In this document: positions 52,182 through 63,286 of the stretch, piece by piece
Layout of the letters: each line of letters begins with the position of its first letter
Position numbering within the stretch: the first letter of the stretch is position 1
NCBI GenBank assembly: GCA_046563655.1
Contig: CM102290.1
Location: forward strand, 13,268,001 to 13,332,000
DNA: 64,000 nt
Direction of reading: 5' to 3'
DNA from: Yuukianura sp. NJ FZ-2021
Taxonomy: Eukaryota
Translations under genes and position numbers: made by a program
The notes under the pieces: generated by a model
Database searches by the model: none
What the model saw: only the letters and a program-made list of their open reading frames with translations
What the model was told of the DNA's origin: nothing

Positions 52182-54311
52182 ATGCCACTCGTGAGAAAAT
52201 CCAGAGCAGGTCGGACCAAAGGTCACCACAGTGAAGAAGACGAGTCAACGCCAATATGTCGCTGTCGCGTGTTGTACCTTGGTTCAGCAGTGCCACACAT
52301 TACAAAAGATGGACTTCAAGGGATCCAGGAGCCCTTGAAAGAACTTTATCCCGACACGGGACTGTCTTCACTCAAGGGCATTGACTCTTGGTTAAGTGTT
52401 TGGTCCAATGGACTCTTACTGGAAAACGTGGACGAAAAAAACACAAAGATCACCAGGTTTTTCCCAATAGAGTCTCTACACTACTGTGCCGCTGTTCGGA
52501 ACGTTCTTGTTCCAGCCAATCGGGATGGCCCGTCATCATCGTCTAATGAAAAAGTCCAAAAGTTTCTACCTCTCGACTCACCATTTGCTCAACTCCCAAA
52601 TTTAAATCACCCGCCTCTTTTTGCCTGCATTTTGCGGCGCACAACTGGAATCAAAGTTCTAGAATGTCATGCGTTTATTTGCAAAAGAGAAATGGCAGCC
52701 AACGCACTCGTGCGATGTTGTTTCCATGCCTATGCCGACTCGACTTATGCAAAGCAACTGGAAAATGGCGGTACCCTAGCAACCAACGGTGGAGTATCTA
52801 ATGGAAATGGGTATACAAATGGAAATGGAGCAATGTTTAAAGATTCAGCGCCAATTCAGCGCTCTGTGACTCCGTTGGACTCTATTGAGAAAGTGACAGG
52901 ATGGCAAGCACTGAGTCAAAATGGAGACTCTGATATCATTGTCCTTGGGAATTCAACTGATGAAGACTTCAGAGATGGGCCAGTGACGAGTTCAACTCCA
53001 AGCAGAGACAAATTTGAATTTCGAGCCGAATTTCCAGATGAAGATGAAATTTACGAAGGGAACGAAAATCATAAGATTTGGAGCGGCAACAATTCGACTT
53101 TGGGACACAACGGAACTTCGGAATTGGTGTACTTAGAAGCTGATGGGACCCTTAAGTCTATCAAATCACATAACTCTAGACTTTCAAGGCCACGTCAGTT
53201 TGTGTCCCCTCCACCTCCACCTCCTCCTCCACCTCCACAGTTCTCATTGCTCAAATCGGCTGTAGAAGAGGACGCTTCGTCCAAGAAGAAAATGAAAAAG
53301 AAAATGAAAAAAGACAAGGTCAAAGGTCAGCCGCAATATTTGGTTCGTCCAGCATCTATGATGAACCTAAGTAGTTCCCAAGGGCTTCAGCCTATCCTTA
53401 CGACACGACCGGGTAGTGTCATCAATGGGCCAGTGTCACATCGTCCAGGCAGTGCAATGTCAACTATGACACGCCCTCGACCTGTCCACTCTCAACAGTT
53501 GATACCAGTGCCACACCATGTCCATGGAAACGGGTTCTATCCACCACAACCCATCTATGGTCACATTCCTCCACAGTTTGCCATATCTCACCCTCAACTG
53601 GTCAATGCCTCCAAGTCCAAAAAGAAACAGAAGCAACTGCTAACTGCCGTGCCCATCCTTGCTCCAACTCCAATGCCCATGATGGCCCACCATCATCATC
53701 CAGGGCTCCACCACCCCATGAACGCAACCCCCTCTCCCATGTACCACCATCACCATCAGAAGCTCATTGATGAGCACCATGAGCACCAGCGGGGACTTAA
53801 GGGCCCACCGGGTGACATGATCCTCATGCCCCAAACACCAGCTCAGTATGCCACGATTGAGCGAGGCTACCATTACCACTCGAGACCCCTCAACGGTGAG
53901 TCGGCTACTCTCATGTCAAATAAGAGCAAAGGGAAAAGTAAAGGGTCCCCCCAAGAGGATAGGGAAGGGTCCCCCTTCAACTCGGGCATTTACCGTAAAG
54001 GGCACTTGAACGAGCGGGCATTCTCGTACTCGATTCGGCAGGAACACCGATCAAGGTCATTTGGTTCCCTGGCTAATCTGCAATTTGGGAATGAGACAGG
54101 TAGACCTTCGGGGTCATCGCCCTCGTCAGCCGAAGGGATCAAAAAGGAGCGGGAAATTATTCAAATGGTGAGAGATTTGGACTTATCTGGAGATGAAATT
54201 GAGAGATCACATGTTCCCCCGGAGATGTACCCGCAACACCGTAAACCCACACCAGCAGTCAATGGACACCGGAAACAAAATGGCCATGGGCCGAGGATAA
54301 CTCACCGATAG
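52182..54311 (+). CDS. PTB/PID-domain, Pro/His-rich adaptor protein C, ~709 aa, single coding exon
   Basis: Long ORF after acceptor tttcag (52150); first ATG at 52182. Clear PTB pattern CRVLYLGSAVP..GLQGIQEPLKELY..SWLSVWSNGLLL..RFFPIESLHYCAAV..LFACILRRTTGIKVLECHAFICKREMAANALVRCCFHAY. Poly-Pro, Lys-rich and His-rich tracts follow. Confidence 0.88.
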   Translation: MPLVRKSRAGRTKGHHSEEDESTPICRCRVLYLGSAVPHITKDGLQGIQEPLKELYPDTGLSSLKGIDSWLSVWSNGLLLENVDEKNTKITRFFPIESLHYCAAVRNVLVPANRDGPSSSSNEKVQKFLPLDSPFAQLPNLNHPPLFACILRRTTGIKVLECHAFICKREMAANALVRCCFHAYADSTYAKQLENGGTLATNGGVSNGNGYTNGNGAMFKDSAPIQRSVTPLDSIEKVTGWQALSQNGDSDIIVLGNSTDEDFRDGPVTSSTPSRDKFEFRAEFPDEDEIYEGNENHKIWSGNNSTLGHNGTSELVYLEADGTLKSIKSHNSRLSRPRQFVSPPPPPPPPPPQFSLLKSAVEEDASSKKKMKKKMKKDKVKGQPQYLVRPASMMNLSSSQGLQPILTTRPGSVINGPVSHRPGSAMSTMTRPRPVHSQQLIPVPHHVHGNGFYPPQPIYGHIPPQFAISHPQLVNASKSKKKQKQLLTAVPILAPTPMPMMAHHHHPGLHHPMNATPSPMYHHHHQKLIDEHHEHQRGLKGPPGDMILMPQTPAQYATIERGYHYHSRPLNGESATLMSNKSKGKSKGSPQEDREGSPFNSGIYRKGHLNERAFSYSIRQEHRSRSFGSLANLQFGNETGRPSGSSPSSAEGIKKEREIIQMVRDLDLSGDEIERSHVPPEMYPQHRKPTPAVNGHRKQNGHGPRITHR

Positions 54312-54388
54312 ATTTTAACAGGGTGAGTCATTTATATTATATTTAGACACATATAGTTGTACGGAGTATGGTGTTACCACAAGTAGCA

Positions 54389-54751
54389 CCGTAAATCTCC
54401 AAATAGTACCCCCGTTCCAAATATACATCCCCCTCAAGGTTTGTTGACTTTGATTTTCTTTAACAGGTTGAGTAATACCTCATTTTATCCGATTTTGCAA
54501 AAAAAAAAGAGTGTCTTTCATTTCAGGGTATCGTAGTCATACAGCGGAAGTTTTAAAATTTTACATACGAATTGGTACCAAAATTGGTATCAATTTTTGT
54601 TTTTTTTTTCGTTAACAAGCGAGGTAGTACTCAACCTGTTAAAGAAAATTAACTTTTCGTTGTCAAGGAACCTTGTCCATTCTTCGTACTCCGCCTCCGT
54701 ATTAGAGACGAAAAGGTTAGTACCCCGCTAGTACTATTTGGAAATTTACGG
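54389..54751. mobile_element. CCGTA-type MITE with nested P-like MITE (54435-54675)
   Basis: CCGTAAATCTCCAAATAGTAC .. GTACTATTTGGAAATTTACGG|TA enclosing CAAGGTT..AACCTTG. Confidence 0.75.
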
Positions 54752-55216
54752 TAGGTTGACATAGAAAGAATGAGTTTGTTTTGGCAGTTGGTGACACTGT
54801 TACCATTTTTAGTGGGATGTTTGTTAGTGTTTGTCTTTGAAAGATTCGTGAGGCAAGACGGTGTTCAAAAGATTTGGTTCTTTGAACGCATCTTTGAGAT
54901 TCACCCACTTTGGGCCATGTTGACCACCTAAACAAACGAACCGAGGAGAGCCATTGTATTCAATTGACGACTCTTAGGTAGGGTTTGAGCTCATTGTGAT
55001 GATACGTATTCGCAGAGTACAGTTGATACTACCGTAAGTCCCTTTCTGCTTTGCTAAACTCGTCTTTTAATTAGTCCTGGGCCTCTCTTCTCCTAACTTC
55101 TTCGCTCATTTTTAATTATAATATTTTACAACACCTTGCCTTTGAGGCTTTACAAACCTATTCCTAGATGTACTTTCGGCTCTAACCACTCCGAGAAACC
55201 ATATGCAAATCGTATA

Positions 55217-55607
55217 CCGTAAGTTTCCAAATAGTACCTCTCTCCATATTAGTTCCGTTCCCCCAGGAGGCTTCAAAAGAAATAGTATCCCCGTCTAACT
55301 GTAAGAATAAGCCCCCATAATAATTCGCGGGTAGCTGGCTATTAGTATACCTTTCATATTAGTACCCCTCCCCATATTGGTACCCCCCCCCCCATATTAG
55401 TAGTACCCCCATAGTAGTATCCCCTATACTAGTACCCCCTATTAGTTCCCCTACAGATATTAGTATCCCTACTCCAAGAGGCCTTGAAAAATTAGTACCC
55501 ATGTCTAGCATTATAAGCGCCTTTAATAGTCCTCGGGTGCCTGACGTGTAGTAGCCCTTTACCAAAGAGGATTTACGACCTCGGGGGTACTAACTGAAAA
55601 TCTACGG
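55217..55607. mobile_element. CCGTA-type MITE with internal ATATTAGTACCCC repeats
   Basis: TA|CCGTAAGTTTCCAAATAGTACC .. GGTACTAACTGAAAATCTACGG|TA; about 10 internal TAGTA(C/T)CCC motifs. Confidence 0.65.
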
Positions 55608-56154
55608 TATCATCTTTAGGAAATCCTCTCATGCAACCCTCATCTTTTCTACCCTCCTTCCATCCTCATCTTCTCAGGAAAAAACGCTTTGCTATTATCA
55701 AAATTCACGGCACTGCACTTTTAGTTACCTCAGAACGTCATGAGAGAATGAATGACATCTTCCCACATTCCCAACCACCCAAAATCCCCAGCTCAACAAA
55801 TCTGTAGTCTCGTGTCGTTTGAAACCTTAAGGGCTCAACTCCAAGTCACTTGAATGACATCATGAATGACCTTAAGATTCCACTGTAGCCAAAGTGTAGA
55901 AAAACATGTAGACCCGAAAGGCAACACTACCACGACAGCGATTCATTGAAAACTAAAGTGGTAGATGCAGTTCCACGAGTCTGAATTCGTTTCGCTTGTT
56001 CCTGTCAACCAATCAATTGTTTCTAGAGAGCATTGGCCTCCTCGTCAGCATTCCATTGGCTACGAGCATCGTAGAACATTGCAGGCAGGATTTACATCAA
56101 AATCATACTCCGCATTGTCGCCATGTTGTTTAAAGAATGATAAAGTATTGGATC

Positions 56155-57483
56155 TATGGGTCGGAATCCGGAACGGGTTTCTTAAAATCCGGATTTCGGA
56201 TTTTGACGGATTTCAATCCTGAAATCCGGATTTAAATCCGGATTTCAATTTCTGTGTTAACTCCCATAAGAAATTCAAAATTGATTTAAGCTGTCGGAAT
56301 TGCAGGTTGGAAACACTCGTAGCTAAAACCTTGATGATAAATTCGGCGTGTTTATTTTTTGAATCAAATTACTAGTGTTGAAAAAAAAATGAAACATTGG
56401 CACAACATTAGCACAACATTAGCACAACATTGGCACAACATTGGCACAACATTAGCACAACATTAGCACAACATTGGCACAACATTACAACATTGGTACA
56501 ACATTGGCACAACATTAGCACAACATTGGCACAACATTAGCACAACATTGGCACAACATTGGCACAACATTGGCACAACATTACAACATTGGCACAACAT
56601 TGGCACAACATTAGCACAACATTACAACATTGGCACAACATTGGCACAACATTGGCACAACATTGGCACAACATTACAACATTGGCACAACATTGTCACA
56701 ACATTGGCACAACATTGGCACAACATTACAACATTGGCACAACATTGGCACAACATTAGCACAACATTGGCACAACATTAGCACAACATTGGCACAACAT
56801 TGGCACAACATTGGCACAACATTACAACATTAGCACAACATTATCACAACATTGGCACAACATTACAACATTGGCACAACATTGGCACAACATTGGCACA
56901 ACATTGGCACAACATTACAACATTGGCACAACATTGGCACAACATTGGCACAACATTAGCACAACATTACAACATTGGCACAACATTGGCACAACATTAG
57001 CACAACATTACAACATTGGCACAACATTGTCACAACATTGGCACAACATTAGCACAACATTAGCACAACATTGGCACAACATTGGCACAACATTGGTACA
57101 ACATTAGCACAACATTGGCACAACATTAGCACAACATTGGCACAACATTGGCACAACATTAGCACAACATTGGCACAACATTAGCACAACATTGGCACAA
57201 CATTAGCACAACATTAGCACAACATTGGCACAACATTGGCACAACATTAGCACAACATTAGGACAACATTGGCACAACAATACAAAATACGGTATTTTAC
57301 GAATTCTGAAATTGAGTAAATCTGAGGTTGGCTATTTTTTTTGATACCGCACATGCCCTCGAATAGCTCTTGAAATCCGTAGAAATCCGGATTTCAGTAT
57401 TTAAAAATCCGGATTTTGAATAATCCGAATCCGTCAAAAATCCGGATTTGAACCCGGAGCCAAAATCCGGATTCCGACCCCTA
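56155..57483. mobile_element. hAT-like minisatellite-bearing element (copy 2)
   Basis: Arms near-identical to 19883-20722; left TIR carries one substitution (TATGGG); TSD poorly conserved. Confidence 0.88.
56393..57278. repeat. 11-bp minisatellite, roughly 80 units, with ten 8-bp variant units
   Basis: Directly visible; ACATTACA variants are interspersed. Confidence 0.95.
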
Positions 57484-58380
57484 ATTGCTTTACTGCTTTA
57501 TTTTGGGCTAAAAAATTGTAGGTTCAGGTTACAAAATATGAATGACGAAGCGGTCTTGATCAATGAGACAAAAATTGGAGTGACAATGAGAATGTTTACA
57601 ATCTCCACAAAATTTTGCAAAAAAAAAATGTGCAAATTTTTTTAAGAGACGTTACTCTGGCAGTATTTGCAAAGTCCTGCGAGTTCTGCGCCAATTTCGT
57701 CTTGTTCCCACGAAAAGAGTAGTGATTTGGATTGAAACTACTACACAAAATGGTGGAGCAGTGGAGGTAAAGATGAATGTAGGGCAAAGTGTCATTTTGT
57801 AAGACTTCATTCCTATGCCAATATCAGTCTATGCTGAATTGGTGTGAAGCGGATGACGCAGGTTGAACACAGTTGAAACTTATTATTCGAAATTTCGAGT
57901 TTCTCAACCAGATTTTCAAAAACCCGTTTGGCCTCTCCTCCATTTTGTGAATGGACTCACAGTGTACATAAACATAAACTTAAGCAGAAGTTGATATTGA
58001 TGGAAATGTTGTACAGAATGGTGGTGGGAATTGGTTGTAAGTTGTACCTTGAGCACCACATCTTCTGATTGTGTTATTGACCTTTATTTCATGTTGGTCC
58101 ATGATGGCAATGGACCCTCCTCTCAACAATTCCTTCTATCGCATCCGCCATCTTCATCTTGCTCATCTCTGGTGTAGGCAAGATCACGTCAATCTCAAAT
58201 CTGCACTCATACAGCATCATAATAATCGTCCCACGATCAATTGTTCAAGTTTGCACTCTACAAACTGTTTCTGTCTTACGATTTCCCATTGCCTTTCTAC
58301 TTACCATGCGCACTACTTTTCAGGAAATGCGGTATTCAATACAGTAGGCAAGACTTTTGTAATGTTACTACTAATTGTGC

Positions 58381-58495
58381 CAAGGTTCCTTGACAACGAG
58401 AAGTTAATTTTCTTAACAGGTTGGGTACTACCTCGCTTGTTGACAAAAAAAAATTATTACCAATTCGGTACCAATTCGTTTGCAAAATTTAAAAT
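58381..58495. mobile_element. Truncated P-like CAAGG MITE (one end)
   Basis: Reverse complement of the right end of the 7733 and 54435 copies. Confidence 0.65.
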
Positions 58496-59299
58496 TAGCT
58501 GCATTGTTATTTGCTAACAGCCAAGGAAAGTGGTATACCTTGCTAACAAATTTTTTGAATTCATTGGCCTACGTTGCTTACAGCATGTGCAAGAAAATTT
58601 GTGTTTTCGGACTGGGATTGGCGAACATAAATTTTTTGTAATGTAATCAAACTTATACTTTATCCGGCATGTCTTGTGAATCAATCCTTTGTGCGGCCTG
58701 AGTGCATCAAAATTCTGGTCATGTTCTGCAAGTCAATTTCTAAGGAAATCGGTTGGTTGGGTTTACACAGAGAGTTAAAGTTGTTGTGTAGGAATTAAAA
58801 GGAGTGGTTGGACATAAAGAGCGGAGGTCGTTGTTCCATTAGTTGTAAACACTCAATACGATGAAATTCATCTGAATGTACTACATACTCCGTATAACTG
58901 TTTAATTGTTCTCTTCATTTCTTCTTTTTTGACAGGAGGAAGGCAATAATCCAGCAAAACCAAAACTACCTTTCACTCAAGCAGTTTTTACAAAAATTTC
59001 AAAAGTTGGCAGAATTTAGTCATTGGAAAACTACTGGCGACTTTGAGAGAGAGGTTGGAGATAGACGACTTTTGAAGGCTGCTCAATTTTAATTGTCGTC
59101 CAAGTACAAGTTTACAGTTAACACTTCCAATTGTTGTCAGAGAGCGGTGATCCCTTTATTCGTTTAATATTATAAATACTACACTTAAATGTCATGTTTG
59201 AACATTAGGAAATAAGTTTAACTTAATTTTTCATATATTCACTCAATTTTATTTAAACTTTGTAATTTTAAATTATTAACTTAGATTTATTCCAAATTA

Positions 59300-59509
59300 C
59301 AGTAGAACCTAACGTTGTGCAACATTAAGCTCCGCCTTTTTTCCTAACAGCGAGATACCGTAAAACTCAAATTTTTTGAAGGATTTACTTATAAACGAAA
59401 CGGTGGTCCAATATCTCAGATGTGGTAAAATTCGGAGCTTTACGGTAGCCGCGAAACGTTTACTCGAACTAACCAATCAGAAGATGTTGCACAATGAGAG
59501 GTTGTACTG
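59300..59509. mobile_element. CAGTA-family MITE
   Basis: TA|CAGTAGAACCT..TTGTGCAACAT / ATGTTGCACAATGAGAGGTTGTACTG|TA. Confidence 0.8.
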
Positions 59510-60410
59510 TAACTCAAAATTTTTTTTATTACGTTCAACTTTTAATGCAGAAACTTCAAATGAAAATGAAACGAGTACTGCAAAAATGTTTGAAATTCAA
59601 TGTCAAAATTCTGAATTATCGGCAAAATGTTAACGTGTATTTCAATTTGCAATTGGGAGGAACAGAAATTATTAGGCTTCTTTTTATACTTCACTGTTGA
59701 ATTAGTTGTAGCCGGAGACAGACTGATTGTTAACTAATTTTTAAGTTAATTAATAGTTAACTTATTTAGAAAAAATATATGCCCGAGCTTGAAAAGAAAT
59801 TAACCTCCCTGGAATTTCAAGATTTTAACATTTTCGAAATCCAAATTGTTGAAAATTTGTAGAGTGATTATAGGAATAGGTCTGAGTTGTGTCGTGTATA
59901 TTGATTGTTTTCGTGACAAATTGATGCATGTTGTTCCGTTTGTTGTTTAACTAGTTTTATAATTACTTTTCCATTTTTAGTATTTGATTCCCTAACAAAT
60001 TAGTTTCTGAGTGTTTATTTTGCAGAGGTTTATGTATGGACTCCTTAGTTTAAATTACTAAGAAAAAAACGTTGTTTTAGTTATTATTTATTTAAAATTG
60101 ATGTTAATTTATACCTGTACTTAATATTTTTACCGGAGGACACCAGGAATTTAAGTTGAAGTGAAGGAAAGTGTTTATGTGCCATTCAATTCCATTAACT
60201 GCCTAGAAAGAATCCATGCAAGAACAAAATGCAATTCCTCCGTCCAATCAAACTAAATTTTTGTATACAAAAATTTTTAAATTTTTGTGTTTCTTAATAC
60301 AAAAAAAAGATCAATCCGTCCGTTGCGTGTTGACAATCCAATCCAGTTTTGCCTAAGTATTAAATTGCAAACTGTTACAACAAAGTCCAGTACTATGACA
60401 GGGTCAATAC

Positions 60411-60555
60411 TACCAATGAGGATACTAAAGAACGAGAGTAAGTTTGAGTTTTTCTCCACCCGCCAGTTTTTTTATAGTTGAGTTGGGATGGCTAAAAAAC
60501 TGGCGGGTGGAGAAAAACTCAAACTTACTCTCGTTCTTTAGTATCCTCATTGGTA
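60411..60555. repeat. Perfect 62-bp inverted repeat with 21-nt spacer (foldback element)
   Basis: 60411-60472 is the exact reverse complement of 60494-60555. Confidence 0.92.
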
Positions 60556-61024
60556 ACAAAGATGCGGAAAAGCAAGACGGGTAGCTAAAGGACATCTTAA
60601 GATTCATTCAGGACTGAACCTGTGTAGAACTACAATGTATATTCCATATTTAAATGTTTTACTCCTGTACATTTACATCGTTACTGCGAAATAAAAAACA
60701 AACGCAACAACAAAACTTGGTTTGACAGCGACAAAAATCGTTTTTTATAAAATACTCGTTTTTTGGTGCCTCCGTTTTTCCCTTTAATTTTCATTCATTT
60801 TTCATTTTTCAATCTTCTCTTCACAAAACTTGCATCTTCATTATTGTAAATAATCATTGTATAATTAGATTGGTAATTTAAGAAAAACTAAGAATGGTAA
60901 GTCTTAAAATCAAATTCTTAGGTTTACATTAATAATTATAATTCTTAGGCAAATTTTCCAAGGTCGTTTGGTAATCTGGTGAACAGAATAGCTTCTTTCA
61001 GGTATTAGCGAAAAAAGTTATGGT

Positions 61025-61866
61025 TCACTGCAGCCCTCTGCAGTAGTCAAAGACGTCGTCGTAAGGCCCTTCAACACAGTAAAACCCAACCAATTTGTCT
61101 TCGTAATCCTCAACATTTTGGCAAATCCAATCCGCTCTCTCGTCGCAAACGAGATGTCTGCTGCCATATTCATATCCCACGCGTACAGTAGATACAGTCG
61201 TGTCCAAAAGTACTTTAAAAACACTTTCAGAAAGATGTGTCAAATTCGTATTTTCACCAATACGCACATGCGCTGCTGGATTCAGCCCTTCAAAAGTTCC
61301 CACAGAAAGGCCACTGTCAGTCAGTCGATTATAGTCCAGGTCCAAGTACGTAACATTTGGCAGGAAAGCAAATGGCATGAGACCAATTTCCTGTATCCCA
61401 GTTTTGAAAAAATAAATTGTTTGGAGGGACTGTAGTCCGTCAAGTGCCAAATTTTCAATTCTTGGTAAATCTCCATTTGAAAAATAAATGCCTTCAAGGT
61501 TACTAAATTTTCTGACAAAAAGGAATGGATCTTCATCAAAGCTGGCGGTTACTTCCAGTTGTGTTGTGTACTCATAAGTGCTCGGAAATGCATTTGGGTC
61601 AATGATTAGTTCGTTATTGCGGAAATACAACTCAATTTCCTTGAACTGAAGCGTAGTCATTACAGCTTCGGGGATTGTAATTTGGTGCTGATCTGTAGAA
61701 GTAGCCAGGCGCAGACCGTCGAACACTGGATAGCTTTCAACTGCCTCGCTAACTTGATCAAACATGAGCTTGAAGTCAGTTGTATTATATACGGAACATT
61801 CTAGTCTTCTGTAATCCGTTTTGGTACATGAGCACTCTATTGGTAACAGATCATTTGCTGGACACG
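61025..61866 (-). CDS. Cys-capped LRR module 2 (terminal exon of the LRR gene, or a tandem paralogue lacking its ATG)
   Basis: CPANDLLPIECSC N-cap, LRRs (LQSLQTIYF, LPNVTYLDLDYNRLT), C-cap LVCDERADWIC..GFYC..DVFDYC; collinear with module 1; no in-frame ATG upstream of the N-cap; acceptor ATTTCAG at 61867. Confidence 0.75.
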
Positions 61867-61933
61867 CTGAAATTAAAATCAATTGACTTCCATGAATAAT
61901 TACACAAAAACTAAAGATACAGATACGCCTTGT

Positions 61934-62017
61934 CAAGGTTTCGTTTCGTATCGTATCTCGTTAGAAGCGATATGATACGATCTGAACCCTGACGGATACA
62001 ATACGAAACGAAGCGTG
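61934..62017. mobile_element. Short foldback/MITE between the LRR modules
   Basis: CAAGGTTTCGTTTCGTATCGTATC pairs with GATACAATACGAAACGAAGCGTG; no clear TSD. Confidence 0.55.
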
Positions 62018-62048
62018 AACAAAAATAAGACAAAATCGGGTTGAGTTA

Positions 62049-63286
62049 TTAACCTGTTTTGCAATAGTCAAATACGTCCTTGAACTCGTCACCAAGGCAA
62101 TGAAATCCTTTCAGTTTCTGTTGATATTCCCCATCTAAGCAAATCCAATCCGACCTGGCATCGCAAACAAGTTGGTTGTCTTCATGATCTTCCTGTTCTC
62201 GCCCAACCCGGACAGTAGACCGAGTCGAGTCCAGCAGAACTTTGAAAACGTTTTCTGGCAAGTAAGTCAAATTTCTGTTTCCCTCCAGATTGACCTCTGC
62301 ATATGGACTGATCCCTTCAAAGCATCCAGGGGACAGCAACTCTGATGAAATTTGATTTGATGCCAAATTAAGTAATGTGAGAGTTGGCTGATAGGCAAAT
62401 GGACTTAGCCCAATTTCCTTGACATCCGTGGAATCAAATTCAATCGTCTCCAGATATCGCAGACCTTTGAATGCATTATCCACAATTGTGGAAATTCCAT
62501 GTGAAAAAAATGACAGATATTTCAAATTTGTAAAACTTCTGATGAAGGGATAAACATTGTTGGATCGACCATGTTGAATAACGATAGTCGTTGTGTACTG
62601 GTGTGTGCTTGGAAATGCATCACTATTGATACTGAGGTGTTGAGTACTGCTGAGAATGAACTGAATTGTTCCAAATTTGAGTCCAGTCATCACATTTGCT
62701 GGAATTGTGACTTCGTAGGCGGAGGGGCTGGAGCTTATCGTTAATTCCTCAAATATTGGGTTTGTTCCTGAAGCTTCAGATATTTGATCAAACATTTTCT
62801 TGTAGTCCGTCCCTGTGGAAACTGTGCAATTGACAGTTCGCTCAAACTCGGCATTCTGTTCGCATATGCACTCCACCGGAAACGATTCTGAAGGAGGACA
62901 TTCTCCACCCAAGGTTTCTATAGCAACAAAATAGCATTAAGAGGTTAAGCAATAAGTCCCGCTTTCAGAAAATCTCTCCCCAAACTTTTTTTTCACCCAA
63001 GTTTCACCCAGACTTGTTTTGTGCAAAAATGTAAATGTTTGCACCAAACTTAACGTTCAAAATGAATGAAAAAAATTCGGTTTCCAAAAATCGCCCAGGA
63101 AACTAGACTTGCCGTGATTGTCTTTTCATTTTTGCAATTTTGGGGGAATAAAAAATAAAAAGCGACTTATTGCCTAACTTGTTAAAGAAAAAACTATTTT
63201 CTCGTTAACGAACCTTGTTGTCCACCAGCTGAAACTTTTAGCACAGGAGCCAATAATACCAATAGGAACAATTGTAGCCGTTGCAT
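62049..63286 (-). CDS. Secreted leucine-rich-repeat protein, module 1; exons 63286-63214 and 62917-62049 (313 aa), or spliced at 62054 to module 2 (592 aa)
   Basis: ATG at 63286 gives signal peptide MQRLQLFLLVLLAPVLKVSA; in-frame splice CAAG|gttcgt..ctatag|AAACC; CPPSESFPVECIC N-cap, LRRs, C-cap LVCDARSDWIC..GFHC..DVFDYC. Confidence 0.82.
62910..63217. mobile_element. P-like CAAGG MITE inserted in the LRR coding region, coinciding with intron 1
   Basis: CAAGGTTT..AACCTTG ends; body collinear with 3352-3664; flanking duplication TTCTCCACC/TTGTCCACC. Confidence 0.88.

Noticed and set aside
56393..57278. CRISPR-like array
   Set aside because: Head-to-tail units with no unique spacers, eukaryotic context and no cas genes.
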